A DNA stretch of 60,872 bases, counting the filler. It is 3 parts of 3 records of this genome, joined end to end, with 100 filler letters (N's around TTAATTAATTAA, not from the genome) between each part and the next. Parts side by side here need not be neighbours in the genome. Positions count along the whole stretch, not along the records: positions 1 to 21,751 come from SRR31156797_2987; 2 more parts are not named here. One strand, given 5' to 3'. A program made the position numbers and the translations under genes. The notes under the pieces are model-generated. The model was not told the origin of the DNA. It did no database searches and was given only the letters and a program-made list of their open reading frames with translations. Position 1 is the first letter of the stretch, and each line of letters begins with the position of its first letter. Shown here piece after piece: positions 1 through 9,310 of the stretch.

Positions 1-2
1 CC

Positions 3-644
3 GGAAAGACCTTGCTTGCAAAGGCTGTTGCACACAGGACAGAAGCCACCTTTATCAGGGTCGTAGGTTCCGAACTGATCCAGAAATACATTGGTGACGG
101 TGCAAAACTTGTCAGGGAATTATTTGACATGGCAAGGAAGAAAGCACCAAGTATCGTCTTTGTCGACGAACTGGATGCAATAGCTTCCAGACGCTTAAAC
201 GACACCAATGGTGCAGACCGCGAGGTTCAGAGAACCCTCATGCAATTGCTTGCTGAGATGGATGGCTTTGATAACAGGGGCGATGTAAGGATAATTGCAG
301 CCACCAACAGGCTTGACATCCTCGACTCTGCAATTCTCAGACCAGGAAGGTTTGACAGGATAGTCAATGTACCAATGCCGGATGCAGGAGCCCGTGAGAA
401 TATCTTCAGGATACACACTCGCTTCATGTCCGTTGCAGATGACATTGACTTTGAGAAACTGGCAAAGCTTACCGAGAATGCAAGTGGTGCAGACCTCAAT
501 GCAATAGCTATGGAGGCCGGTATGCTGGCTGTCAGGTTTGATAAGGATTCTGTGGGCATGGCTGAATTCCTTGAGTCCGTACAGAAAGTAATGTCAAAAA
601 CAGAAAATAAAGAGGAAGTTCTTCCGGAAGGAATGTTCATGTGA
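3..644 (+). CDS. pan: Proteasome-activating nucleotidase (AAA+ ATPase), 5'-truncated by the window edge
   Basis: Frame opens at nt 3 with the Walker A end [10 protein letters not shown]; pore loop [10 protein letters not shown], Walker [41 protein letters not shown]-terminal HbYX-like tail GMFM. Confidence 0.93.
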   Translation, partial: GKTLLAKAVAHRTEATFIRVVGSELIQKYIGDGAKLVRELFDMARKKAPSIVFVDELDAIASRRLNDTNGADREVQRTLMQLLAEMDGFDNRGDVRIIAATNRLDILDSAILRPGRFDRIVNVPMPDAGARENIFRIHTRFMSVADDIDFEKLAKLTENASGADLNAIAMEAGMLAVRFDKDSVGMAEFLESVQKVMSKTENKEEVLPEGMFM

Positions 645-693
645 ACACTCCTGCTGGTAAGTTACTTCATTACCTTTTTTCATATTCCTGTTT

Positions 694-1290
694 GTGGCTG
701 AGCTGAAAGCTTTTCATATCAAAGATGAAATCCGCATCTTAGGAATAGATGATTCTGCACTCGTAAGTGATACTATAACAATAGTCGGAGCCTTCTTCCG
801 TGGCGGCATGTGGCTTGATGGTGTGCTTCGTTCTGATATCAAAAAAGACGGTATGGATGCAACGGGCAGGATTATTGAAATGGTGCTCCGGAGTAAAAAC
901 TTCCCACAGATACGCATTATAATGCTTGATGGTGTCACTTATGGTGGCTTCAATCCTGTAGATATAGTTCGCCTCAATAAGGAGACAGATATTCCTGTAA
1001 TTGTACTGATGCGCAATCTTCCGGATTTTGAAAAAATAGAAACAGCTCTTTCTTTCCTTCCTGAAAATGAAAAAAGGTTGGAAATGATCAGAAAAGCAGG
1101 CAAAATCCATAAAGTGATAACAAAAGATGAATCAAATCCCGTTTTCATCCAGTGCTGCGGGATAAAACCGGAATTTGCTGCAAGGATTGTTAAAATATCA
1201 TCTACTAGAAGCAATATTCCGGAGCCACTCAGGGTGGCTCATCTGATTGCTACTGGCATTGTCCTTGGTGAATCAAGGGGTAAAGCCTAG
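694..1290 (+). CDS. DUF99/UPF0215 family (endonuclease V-like, endonuclease dU)
   Basis: RILGIDDS, DGMDAT, IMLDGVTYGGFN, PEPLRVAHLIA motifs; GTG start. Confidence 0.85.
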   Translation: MAELKAFHIKDEIRILGIDDSALVSDTITIVGAFFRGGMWLDGVLRSDIKKDGMDATGRIIEMVLRSKNFPQIRIIMLDGVTYGGFNPVDIVRLNKETDIPVIVLMRNLPDFEKIETALSFLPENEKRLEMIRKAGKIHKVITKDESNPVFIQCCGIKPEFAARIVKISSTRSNIPEPLRVAHLIATGIVLGESRGKA

Positions 1291-1307
1291 AAAACTGATT
1301 CTTTAGA

Positions 1308-2648
1308 TCACTTGGAACTGTTTACCAGTTCGACACCCTCGTTCATCAGGGTATCTGCTCTTTCCTTTGTTTTTGATTCTGCAAATATCCTGATTATTGG
1401 TTCTGTCCCGGAAGGTCTGATAAGTACCCAGCCGTCGTCATGCCAGATCTTTACTCCATCTGTGGTATCAACTTCATTGTCTCCTGAAAGTACTACTTCC
1501 TTGACTTTCTCCATGGTTCCCGGAAGGTCTTCAATCCTGACCTTTGTCTTAGAGTTGAAGTATTCAGGCACACTCTGTGCAAGCTCGGAGAGTTTTTGTC
1601 CATTTGCGATTATCTCTATGAACTTCGCACATGCCATGGCACCGTCGCGGCAGTGCTGGTGTTCAGGGAAGATTAATCCTCCGTTGCCCTCTCCGCCAAA
1701 TACTGCGTCAATTTCCATCATCTTGCGGGCCACATTAATAGAGCCTACAGCAGTCCACACAAGATCTACCCCTGCCTCCTTTGCAACATCCTGCATGCGT
1801 GATGATGAACTAACAGGTGTGACTATAGGTCCCTTTTTCCTTGCAAGCACGTACTTTGCCATCATTGCAAGCTGGATTTCTTCTTCGATGAAATTTCCGT
1901 TTTCATCAAAGAAAACAGCACGGTCTGCATCTCCGTCCTGTGCCACACCCATGTTGGCACCAGACATCTTTACAATCTCTGCAAGCTCAGTGAGTACATC
2001 AGGAGTTGGTTCTGGATTTCTCCACGGGAAAGTACCGTCTATCTGGCCGTTGAGGGTAATGACTTCGCATCCAAGTTTCTGGAGCAGGAAAGGCAGTGTT
2101 ACAGAACCTGCACCACATCCGGTGTCCACAACAACTTTGAATCGTTTCTCTTGTATGAGCTCAGAATCTACAGAATCGATTATTCCATTGACGTAGAACT
2201 CATTTGCATTACTGTCATGACGAAGGTCTCCGGTCCTCTCCCATGAAGCTGCGTTGAACTCTTTTGAATAGTATATTTTTTCAATCTCACGTTCTCCTTC
2301 ACGTGACATCTCGCTACCGTCTGCTGCTATTAGCTTTATCCCGTTGTCCTGTCTTGGATTGTGGGACGCGGTTACAACAATTCCTGCGTCTGCGTACTCT
2401 TTCACGTAGTATTGTACCGAAGGTGTCGGGCATATCCCAACATCGATCACTGTCAGACCTGCTGAAAGTGCACCTGCGATAGCAGCTGATTTTAACATCT
2501 CTCCTGAGGCCCTGGTGTCCCTGCCTATGGCAACAACACCTTTTGAACCCATATAGGTTCCAAGGCTTCTCGCAACATCAATAGCCAGTTGCGGAGTAAT
2601 GTATTCATTTGCTTTTCCCCTTACGCCGTTAGTTCCGAAAAATGCCAT
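1308..2648 (-). CDS. glmM: Phosphoglucosamine mutase / alpha-D-phosphohexomutase
   Basis: FGTNGVRG, catalytic TASHNP, metal loop QDGDADR, GGEGNGG, RPSGTEP. Confidence 0.9.
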   Translation of the reverse strand: MAFFGTNGVRGKANEYITPQLAIDVARSLGTYMGSKGVVAIGRDTRASGEMLKSAAIAGALSAGLTVIDVGICPTPSVQYYVKEYADAGIVVTASHNPRQDNGIKLIAADGSEMSREGEREIEKIYYSKEFNAASWERTGDLRHDSNANEFYVNGIIDSVDSELIQEKRFKVVVDTGCGAGSVTLPFLLQKLGCEVITLNGQIDGTFPWRNPEPTPDVLTELAEIVKMSGANMGVAQDGDADRAVFFDENGNFIEEEIQLAMMAKYVLARKKGPIVTPVSSSSRMQDVAKEAGVDLVWTAVGSINVARKMMEIDAVFGGEGNGGLIFPEHQHCRDGAMACAKFIEIIANGQKLSELAQSVPEYFNSKTKVRIEDLPGTMEKVKEVVLSGDNEVDTTDGVKIWHDDGWVLIRPSGTEPIIRIFAESKTKERADTLMNEGVELVNSSK

Positions 2649-3119
2649 CCATTATCACCGTTGTTAAAAAGTATTGCATGTATACGTTAAAATCCTATTT
2701 TATATTATGTGAGGATATGCTTAATAGGAGATTCTGCATATTTTGGAATACTATTTTCAATATTCTGCATATTTCTTTTTTAATCAATTGCAAGAGCAAG
2801 TATCTTATCTGCCAACATCACCAATTAATAATATTGATGGAAAGGACTATCATGGGGTATGTTAGGCGTGTGTTCTCCACGATACATAGGCATGACAAAA
2901 AATAACAGGATTGCCCTGTAAATTTGAAATATTTCATTCCCTCATTAGACTATTTACATGCTGTTTAATAAGGGCAGAAAAATTAGATATTGAGAACTTT
3001 GGTTTAATGAAGATGGAAACTAATAACATTAAGTAATCTAATACGGTATGATAACTCTACTCCAAAACAGATATTGTTAAAATACCAAGTAACTAGGATG
3101 ATTATTACGGAAGATTTAA

Positions 3120-5423
3120 GTGAGTACTGAAAGCCAACCCATTGCAGTAGATGAAGCTTACAGAATCAGAGATACTCAGTTGTGGTACACAGACTGTAGT
3201 TTTGCTGAGCTCATAAGAAATAAAAAAACCATTGTTTTGAATATTAGAGGACTTGGCATTCGTACTTTTGAACACTCTATCACTGGAAATGATGGACGGC
3301 CCACATATTCCTACAAAATGATATCAAAATTAGATTCAGATAGGATATGGTGGAACGAACATCGTGGCAAACCTGTCCGAATAGAATTACTGGCCATCGA
3401 TGAGGAAGTTGAATTCAAACCCGACTCCAATGAATCAAGTATTACGCTGCAAGAAATCAAAATCATACGAGGTTATGAGGTACTTTCAGATAACACTATT
3501 AGGTTCGGATTAAGAATTACTAACAACACAGATGCGGTCATCACCGATGTTCATGTTTTATTGGAATACAATGATTCACTGTTAAATTTACATGGAGATA
3601 GAGTTCAGAAACTTGACAGTGTACCGCCTAATATCCCCCGTACTGCAAAGTTCATTCTCAAGCCTTTAGGATGCGTTCATAAAGAAGACATTGAAGCTAC
3701 TATAAGCTATCGTGACCATAAGTGGGAAAAACACGTTGTCATGATGAAGCCTAAAGAGATACACTGCGTATGCCCATTTTTACGTTCTAAACCTGTTACT
3801 AAAGCTGAGTTTTTTGCATTATCAAATAAAGGTCACTCTATTGAGACAGGCATCAATTTTCAGGGCATTAATTCTTCACACTTGAAATCATTCCTTTTGC
3901 AGACATGCACAAATCGTCTCCATAAAGTGGATGAATATTCAATAGATGGTGACAATATACTTTATTTCTCAAGTGAATCTGTGGGTGAAAAAGCATACTA
4001 TCTGCTTACAGTCCTAATAAAAGAGCAAGATGGCCTTACACAGGTCATGTTAAGAGCTGCTTCCGATAAGACTCATGGAATATATGGGTTCCTTAATGAA
4101 ATCGTTTCTGAACTCAAATATATGGTTCATACGGTGAGTTCTACAAAGGAAATAGGTGTAATCAAACACGAACACGTCATTAACATTATCGATTCTGTTG
4201 TGCAAAGGAGTTCCTTTTCTATTGACAGTGGTACTCCCTCCTTGAATGTGAAAGACAGTGTGGTACAAAGAAGTGATATCGATTCATCTTCAAATACCAC
4301 TAACATTCAGGATAGTATTGTCCAAAAAACCACTGTAAAAACAAATGCTCAGAAGAAGGGAAATGAAGAGATAGCTCGCATAGCTCACCAAGAACATGAG
4401 GACATGAAACACAGGAAAGAAAAGAAGAAAGCACCTCTAAAACAAAAAGAAAGTAAAAGGACAATGATAGTTTCCTTGTTGGCTATATTATTAATTGGTG
4501 GTTTATGGTTTGGATTATCAGGAAATAATGACAATTCAGATTCCTTTTCAGTTCAAGAAATCACCAGAGAATATGAAGTTCTAGTAAATGTCAGTGTTGT
4601 CAACTCAACTAATGAAAATAATACATCCATTAGTTATAATCCCATTAACGATGAGCTCCTAATAGTTGGGAACGCTGCAACTGATACAACAGTTGAAAAC
4701 ACTACGGATGAAATGCTTCTAAACACCGGACAACAACAGTACAGCAATTCCATTGGTATGGAATTTGTACAAATTCCAACAGGTACTTTTGAGATGGGGG
4801 ATAATTATGGACCTGGTGAAGAACACCCCGTCCATGAAGTAACAATAGGGTACGATTTCTACCTTGGAAAATATGAAGTGACCCAAGAACAGTGGTTTAC
4901 TGTTATGGGGGATAACCCTTCTAGATTTAGAGGAGATAACAATCCTGTGGAAGGAATTTCATGGGACGATGCTCAGGAGTTTATTGACAAATTAAATGAA
5001 ATAGAGGATACTGACAAGTACCGATTACCATCTGAGGCAGAGTGGGAGTACGCCTGTAGGGCTGGAACTACCACTAAATATTCTCATGGCGATAGCTATT
5101 CTGGTTTAAGTGACTATGCATGGTATTCATCAAATTCAGAAACAAGCACGCATCCTGTAGGTCAAAAAGAATGCAATTTGTGGGGATTGTATGATATGTA
5201 TGGTAATGTTAATGAATGGGTTCAAGACAGATATCATGTAGCTTATAAATTTTGTCCGATAGATGGTAGTTCATGGGATGATTACAGTCCTTATGGCAGG
5301 GTAATTCGAGGAGGAAGTTGGAGTGATAGTGCCACTAATTGCCGTTCAGCTAGTCGTTCCGAAATAGATGAAAATCATTCTGGAACCCATAATATAGGTA
5401 TTCGCGTTGTTATAGATATTTAA
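3120..5423 (+). CDS. Single-pass membrane protein: unknown N-domain + adaptin/coatomer-appendage-like region + 3 short repeats + TM + C-terminal FGE-sulfatase (SUMF1/CLec) domain
   Basis: FGE motifs GMEFVQIPTGTFEMG, KYEVTQEQW, YRLPSEAEWEYACRAG, GLYDMYGNVNEW, RVIRGGSW, IGIRVV; TM MIVSLLAILLIGGLWFGL after a Lys/Arg cluster; visibly AT-rich relative to neighbours. The appendage call is inference. Confidence 0.8.
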   Translation: MSTESQPIAVDEAYRIRDTQLWYTDCSFAELIRNKKTIVLNIRGLGIRTFEHSITGNDGRPTYSYKMISKLDSDRIWWNEHRGKPVRIELLAIDEEVEFKPDSNESSITLQEIKIIRGYEVLSDNTIRFGLRITNNTDAVITDVHVLLEYNDSLLNLHGDRVQKLDSVPPNIPRTAKFILKPLGCVHKEDIEATISYRDHKWEKHVVMMKPKEIHCVCPFLRSKPVTKAEFFALSNKGHSIETGINFQGINSSHLKSFLLQTCTNRLHKVDEYSIDGDNILYFSSESVGEKAYYLLTVLIKEQDGLTQVMLRAASDKTHGIYGFLNEIVSELKYMVHTVSSTKEIGVIKHEHVINIIDSVVQRSSFSIDSGTPSLNVKDSVVQRSDIDSSSNTTNIQDSIVQKTTVKTNAQKKGNEEIARIAHQEHEDMKHRKEKKKAPLKQKESKRTMIVSLLAILLIGGLWFGLSGNNDNSDSFSVQEITREYEVLVNVSVVNSTNENNTSISYNPINDELLIVGNAATDTTVENTTDEMLLNTGQQQYSNSIGMEFVQIPTGTFEMGDNYGPGEEHPVHEVTIGYDFYLGKYEVTQEQWFTVMGDNPSRFRGDNNPVEGISWDDAQEFIDKLNEIEDTDKYRLPSEAEWEYACRAGTTTKYSHGDSYSGLSDYAWYSSNSETSTHPVGQKECNLWGLYDMYGNVNEWVQDRYHVAYKFCPIDGSSWDDYSPYGRVIRGGSWSDSATNCRSASRSEIDENHSGTHNIGIRVVIDI

Positions 5424-5521
5424 TATGATGTCACAATACGGTGTCAACTAAATTTCGCTCATGTTCCCATTTATCAAAGAAAAGAACACCCTTTATATGA
5501 TATTTCGCATATTGTCAACAG

Positions 5522-6322
5522 ATGGTCATTGAAAAACTGGAATTATTGAAAAAAGGCATTGTTCAAAAGGAAAGTGCCATTGTCGCTTTTTCAGGTGGCG
5601 TGGATAGTTCTGTCCTTGCATCCATAGCTTATAGTGTCCTTGGAAAAAAAGCAGTTGCATTAACGATCAACAACCATGCATTTCCGGAAAGGGAACTGGA
5701 ATGTGCTAGAAAGGTGGCTGAAGAGATTGGAATTGAGCACAGGATCGTTCATATGAATGAGCTGGATTTTCCTATGGTAGCAGAGAACAGTTCAAACAGG
5801 TGCTATTATTGTAAGAAGGAAATTATCGGGGTTTTAAACTCCGTAAAGAATGAACTTGGTTTTAATGTTATTCTTGAAGGGAGCAATGCCTCAGATTCAA
5901 AATCATACAGACCCGGGAAAAGAGCGATAGAAGAAGCTGGGGATAAGGTATATTCTCCTTTCATTGAGTTTGATATTACAAAGGATGAGATTCGGCAGAT
6001 CGCATCTATGCTTGGGCTTTCTGTTGCAGATAAAAGTCCTTCTCCATGTCTTGCCTCACGCTTCCCCTATGGCGATGCCCTGACGGAAGAAGGCATTAAA
6101 AGGGTGGAGCTGGCAGAGGATTTCCTTATCAATCTTGGTTTCCAGGAGCTGCGGGTGAGGGACCACAAAGGAATTGCACGCATTGAAGTTCTTCCGGCTG
6201 ATATGGTTACACTGATGGGGATGAAAGATGATATTTCCTCCTACCTGAAAGAAATAGGTTTTACTTATGTCACTCTTGATCTGGAAGGTTTCAGGAGTGG
6301 AAGCATGGATGAAGTATTATGA
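5522..6322 (+). CDS. larE: LarE-family ATP-dependent sulfur insertase (PP-loop)
   Basis: AFSGGVDSS PP-loop, RCYYCK, YRPG, PCLASRFPYG, LRVR, LDLEGFRSGSM. Confidence 0.85.
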   Translation: MVIEKLELLKKGIVQKESAIVAFSGGVDSSVLASIAYSVLGKKAVALTINNHAFPERELECARKVAEEIGIEHRIVHMNELDFPMVAENSSNRCYYCKKEIIGVLNSVKNELGFNVILEGSNASDSKSYRPGKRAIEEAGDKVYSPFIEFDITKDEIRQIASMLGLSVADKSPSPCLASRFPYGDALTEEGIKRVELAEDFLINLGFQELRVRDHKGIARIEVLPADMVTLMGMKDDISSYLKEIGFTYVTLDLEGFRSGSMDEVL

Positions 6323-6768
6323 ATGAAAATGCCGGTTCTAATGTAACTTTCCGGAAAGCAAAACCGGAGGATGAAGAGGCAATCGAGTTACTCATGGCTA
6401 CGTATTCCCTTGACGTTGACGGTCTTATGGTTGAAGATTTCTTTGTTGCAGACATAAGCGGTAGGATAGTTGGTGCAACGTGCCTTGATACCTGCAAAAC
6501 TCCATCTCTTCATTCCATTGCTGTTCATCCTGATTATTGTGGAAGAGGAATTGGAAGCAAGTTGCTTGAGTCCCTTGTTTTAAGCATGGACGATGAGGAT
6601 TTCCTTTTTGTAAGAACCACATTACCTGTGTTTTTCGAAAAAACAGGTTTTATCAAACTAGAGGACTCCAAAAAGAAGGAACTGTGGGGTGATTGTGCGG
6701 ATTGCGCCAGGCTTAATAACTGTAAGCAATCTGTTTTACGTCTTGACATTAAGAAAAAGGTGATATGA
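6319..6768 (+). CDS. GNAT N-acetyltransferase (short ArgA-like)
   Basis: Acetyl-CoA motif IAVHPDYCGRGIGSKL, FFEKTGF, C-terminal LWGDCADC; 4-nt overlap with larE. Confidence 0.75.
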   Translation: MNENAGSNVTFRKAKPEDEEAIELLMATYSLDVDGLMVEDFFVADISGRIVGATCLDTCKTPSLHSIAVHPDYCGRGIGSKLLESLVLSMDDEDFLFVRTTLPVFFEKTGFIKLEDSKKKELWGDCADCARLNNCKQSVLRLDIKKKVI

Positions 6769-7305
6769 TTGCTGACATTAGGTATAGTTAACACATATGA
6801 TAAGATCAAGGTGCTGGATGCCCATTATCGGGCAATAGCAAGGGCTGCACCCATATGTCACGCATTTGGATTCTCCCTTGCTCTTTTTGATTTTCCTTTC
6901 AAGATGGATGCTGATGAACTTGTGGAATTTGTTGCTGATAAGACTACTATTGGCGAGTCAGGAAAGTACCTGAGGCAGCTGCACGAAAAGCGTCATTTAT
7001 TCGTTTTTGATTTACCAAAGAAAGGATTCCAGCCTCAGTTTGGTTCTGTAGTAGTGACAAGCTCAAAGCCGGAAAAGAAATACTCCATAACTCCAGAGGC
7101 CTTTGCAGACGAAATAATCCGTAACAAATCATTTCTTGTGCTGGTGGGGCTTGGTCGTAAAGGTTTGCCTAAGGATCTCTTTGGTCATGCAAAATATCAT
7201 CTTGACATAACTTCCCAGGGTGTTTCCCTTGAGACATGCACTGCTATTGGATGCATACCTGCTTATGTCATGGGCATCATTAATACAAAATCTTCGCTAA
7301 AATAA
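6769..7305 (+). CDS. DUF531 family archaeal protein (SPOUT-like)
   Basis: MLTLGIVNTYD, AHYRAIARAAP, TTIGESG, GLGRKGLP, SLETCTAIG; TTG start directly after the upstream stop. Confidence 0.75.
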   Translation: MLTLGIVNTYDKIKVLDAHYRAIARAAPICHAFGFSLALFDFPFKMDADELVEFVADKTTIGESGKYLRQLHEKRHLFVFDLPKKGFQPQFGSVVVTSSKPEKKYSITPEAFADEIIRNKSFLVLVGLGRKGLPKDLFGHAKYHLDITSQGVSLETCTAIGCIPAYVMGIINTKSSLK

Positions 7306-7345
7306 GCAGGGAACTTTATCTAGTATCAATTGTATACTATGTTGC

Positions 7346-8092
7346 ATGCGTCTGAGCATTTTCTATTCGGGAGAGTTTGGAAGGAAAGTTGTCGGAAATC
7401 TTGTTAATTCTGACAGTTTTTGTGTATCCTGCGGGGATCTCTGTGATCACTGCCGTGAGCCCAGGGCAAGCTTTGCTCCGTTGATAGTAGGTCTTTTTGA
7501 GCTGCGAACAGACCTTCCTGATTTTGTGGAAGATACTGCGGAATATATTCCGGGCAACCTGCCTCTTACTGATCTTATAATTGCAATTGACCTTCATCCA
7601 GATCTGCTAATGTCTGTGCCGGACATTGCAGAAGCAACCGGTGCAAAGGCTGTTCTCATACCAGTTGATGATTCAAAGCTGGTACCTGCGGGTCTTACCG
7701 AACAGGTAAAGGGCAAACTTGAATCCAGGGGGGTTGAATGTGAATGCCCGAAGCCTTTCTGCTCACTTGACATAACAGGAAAGCCTGTAATTGATGAATT
7801 CGTCAACATGGGATTCGGACGTCCTCAGCTAAAAATAGAAACCGATCCTGAAAATGGTATATTTACCCATGTTGAGGTTCTAAGGGATGCCCCATGCGGT
7901 GCAACATGGTTTGTTGCAAAGAAACTGAAATGGTCTGACCTGAAAGACTATAAAGAAACAATTTCAGGTGCCCATCATGCATATCCATGTACTGCAAGTA
8001 TGGAAAAAGATGCGCAGATAGGGGATACTATACTTCATGAGGCAGGTTATATCATCAGGAAAAGCGTTGAGGAAGCAATGGAGAGCAATTAG
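7346..8092 (+). CDS. DUF166 family protein (Cys-rich, function unknown)
   Basis: LHPDL, PKPFCSL, DAPCGATWFVA, HHAYPCTASM; N-terminal CVSCGDLCDHC. Confidence 0.7.
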   Translation: MRLSIFYSGEFGRKVVGNLVNSDSFCVSCGDLCDHCREPRASFAPLIVGLFELRTDLPDFVEDTAEYIPGNLPLTDLIIAIDLHPDLLMSVPDIAEATGAKAVLIPVDDSKLVPAGLTEQVKGKLESRGVECECPKPFCSLDITGKPVIDEFVNMGFGRPQLKIETDPENGIFTHVEVLRDAPCGATWFVAKKLKWSDLKDYKETISGAHHAYPCTASMEKDAQIGDTILHEAGYIIRKSVEEAMESN

Positions 8093-8150
8093 ATAATATC
8101 CTGCAAAAACCCTCAATACATTTTTTAACTCCTATTCACATGTACCATTT

Positions 8151-9278
8151 ATGGGGAACAGTGTTTCTATTGTAAGATGCGATGATTATTCCCACTCAAG
8201 GGAATGTGTTGAAGAAGCTATCTCACTTATTGGTGGCTTGGAGTCGCTTATCTCAAAAGGTGATAGGGTACTGCTCAAACCTAATATTCTTGCAGGCCGG
8301 AATCCTGATGATGCCGTTACAACTCATCCTGATGTTGTTTCTGCTGTATGTGAACTTGTACAGGAAGCAGGTGGTGTTCCTGTAATAGGCGATGGCTCGG
8401 GAATGACTCACCCCGGAGCTACAGCTGAAGCATTCAGAATATCCGGTATTGAGGATGTTGCAGATGCTCAGAATGCGGAACTGATTAACTTCCAGACTGC
8501 AGGTTACGTGGAAGTAGACGTTCCTGATGCTATCCATTTTCCACAATTGTATGTGTCTAAAGCCATTGTAGAAGCGGATGTTATCATCTCCCTTCCAAAA
8601 CTGAAAACTCATGAATTAACATATTACACAGGTGCTGTCAAGAATATGTTTGGTGCATTGCCTCTTAAGGCAAGAAAGGAGATGCACCTGCTGGCCGACA
8701 GGAAGCTGTTCGGTGAAGCAGTTGTTGATCTTTATTCTGTTGCAAAACCCCATATTGCTGTCATGGATGCAGTTGTTGGAATGGAAGGCAACGGTCCTTC
8801 TCATGGAACACCTGTGAAATCAGGGCTGGTTCTGGCATCTTATAATTGTGTGTCCCTGGATGTGGTAGCCTCCGGCATAATAGGTCTGAATCCACTGAAT
8901 GTTCCCACAAATTCTGCTGCGCTTGAAAGGGGTCTAGGTGAAAAGGAACCTCTGACTACAGGTGTTGATCCAAAGGATGTAAAAAAAGTATATGTTCCTT
9001 CAAGCGGTGGAATTCTGTTCAATATGCCACCATTTGTCACAAGGTTTTTTGGCAGGTATTTTGAACAACGTCCAAAAATTGATACTTCCACGTGCATTCT
9101 CTGTGGTGCCTGTGCAATGAATTGCTCTGCTCATGCAGTGGAGGAAGTGGATGATCGCCTTATTATCAACAAGAAAAAATGTATTATGTGTTATTGCTGT
9201 CGGGAACTCTGCCCGGCAAATGCCGTGGAAATAGACATGTCACTGCTGGCAAAGATAATTACTTTTGCAAGAAGATAG
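8151..9278 (+). CDS. DUF362 domain protein with C-terminal 2x[4Fe-4S] ferredoxin
   Basis: VLLKPN, TTHPDVV, PKLKTH, TGAVKNMFG, MEGNGP; CILCGACAMNC and CIMCYCCRELCP. Confidence 0.85.
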   Translation: MGNSVSIVRCDDYSHSRECVEEAISLIGGLESLISKGDRVLLKPNILAGRNPDDAVTTHPDVVSAVCELVQEAGGVPVIGDGSGMTHPGATAEAFRISGIEDVADAQNAELINFQTAGYVEVDVPDAIHFPQLYVSKAIVEADVIISLPKLKTHELTYYTGAVKNMFGALPLKARKEMHLLADRKLFGEAVVDLYSVAKPHIAVMDAVVGMEGNGPSHGTPVKSGLVLASYNCVSLDVVASGIIGLNPLNVPTNSAALERGLGEKEPLTTGVDPKDVKKVYVPSSGGILFNMPPFVTRFFGRYFEQRPKIDTSTCILCGACAMNCSAHAVEEVDDRLIINKKKCIMCYCCRELCPANAVEIDMSLLAKIITFARR

Positions 9279-9310
9279 ATTTGAGGTAGGCTGGGATTGT
9301 GTATGCCAGC

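Noticed and set aside
2642-2905. 87-aa ORF in the glmM upstream region
   Set aside because: AT-rich intergenic or promoter DNA, overlaps the glmM start, no motif.
3120-5521. Complete diversity-generating retroelement
   Set aside because: No reverse transcriptase, Avd or template repeat was seen. Only the possible target domain is present.
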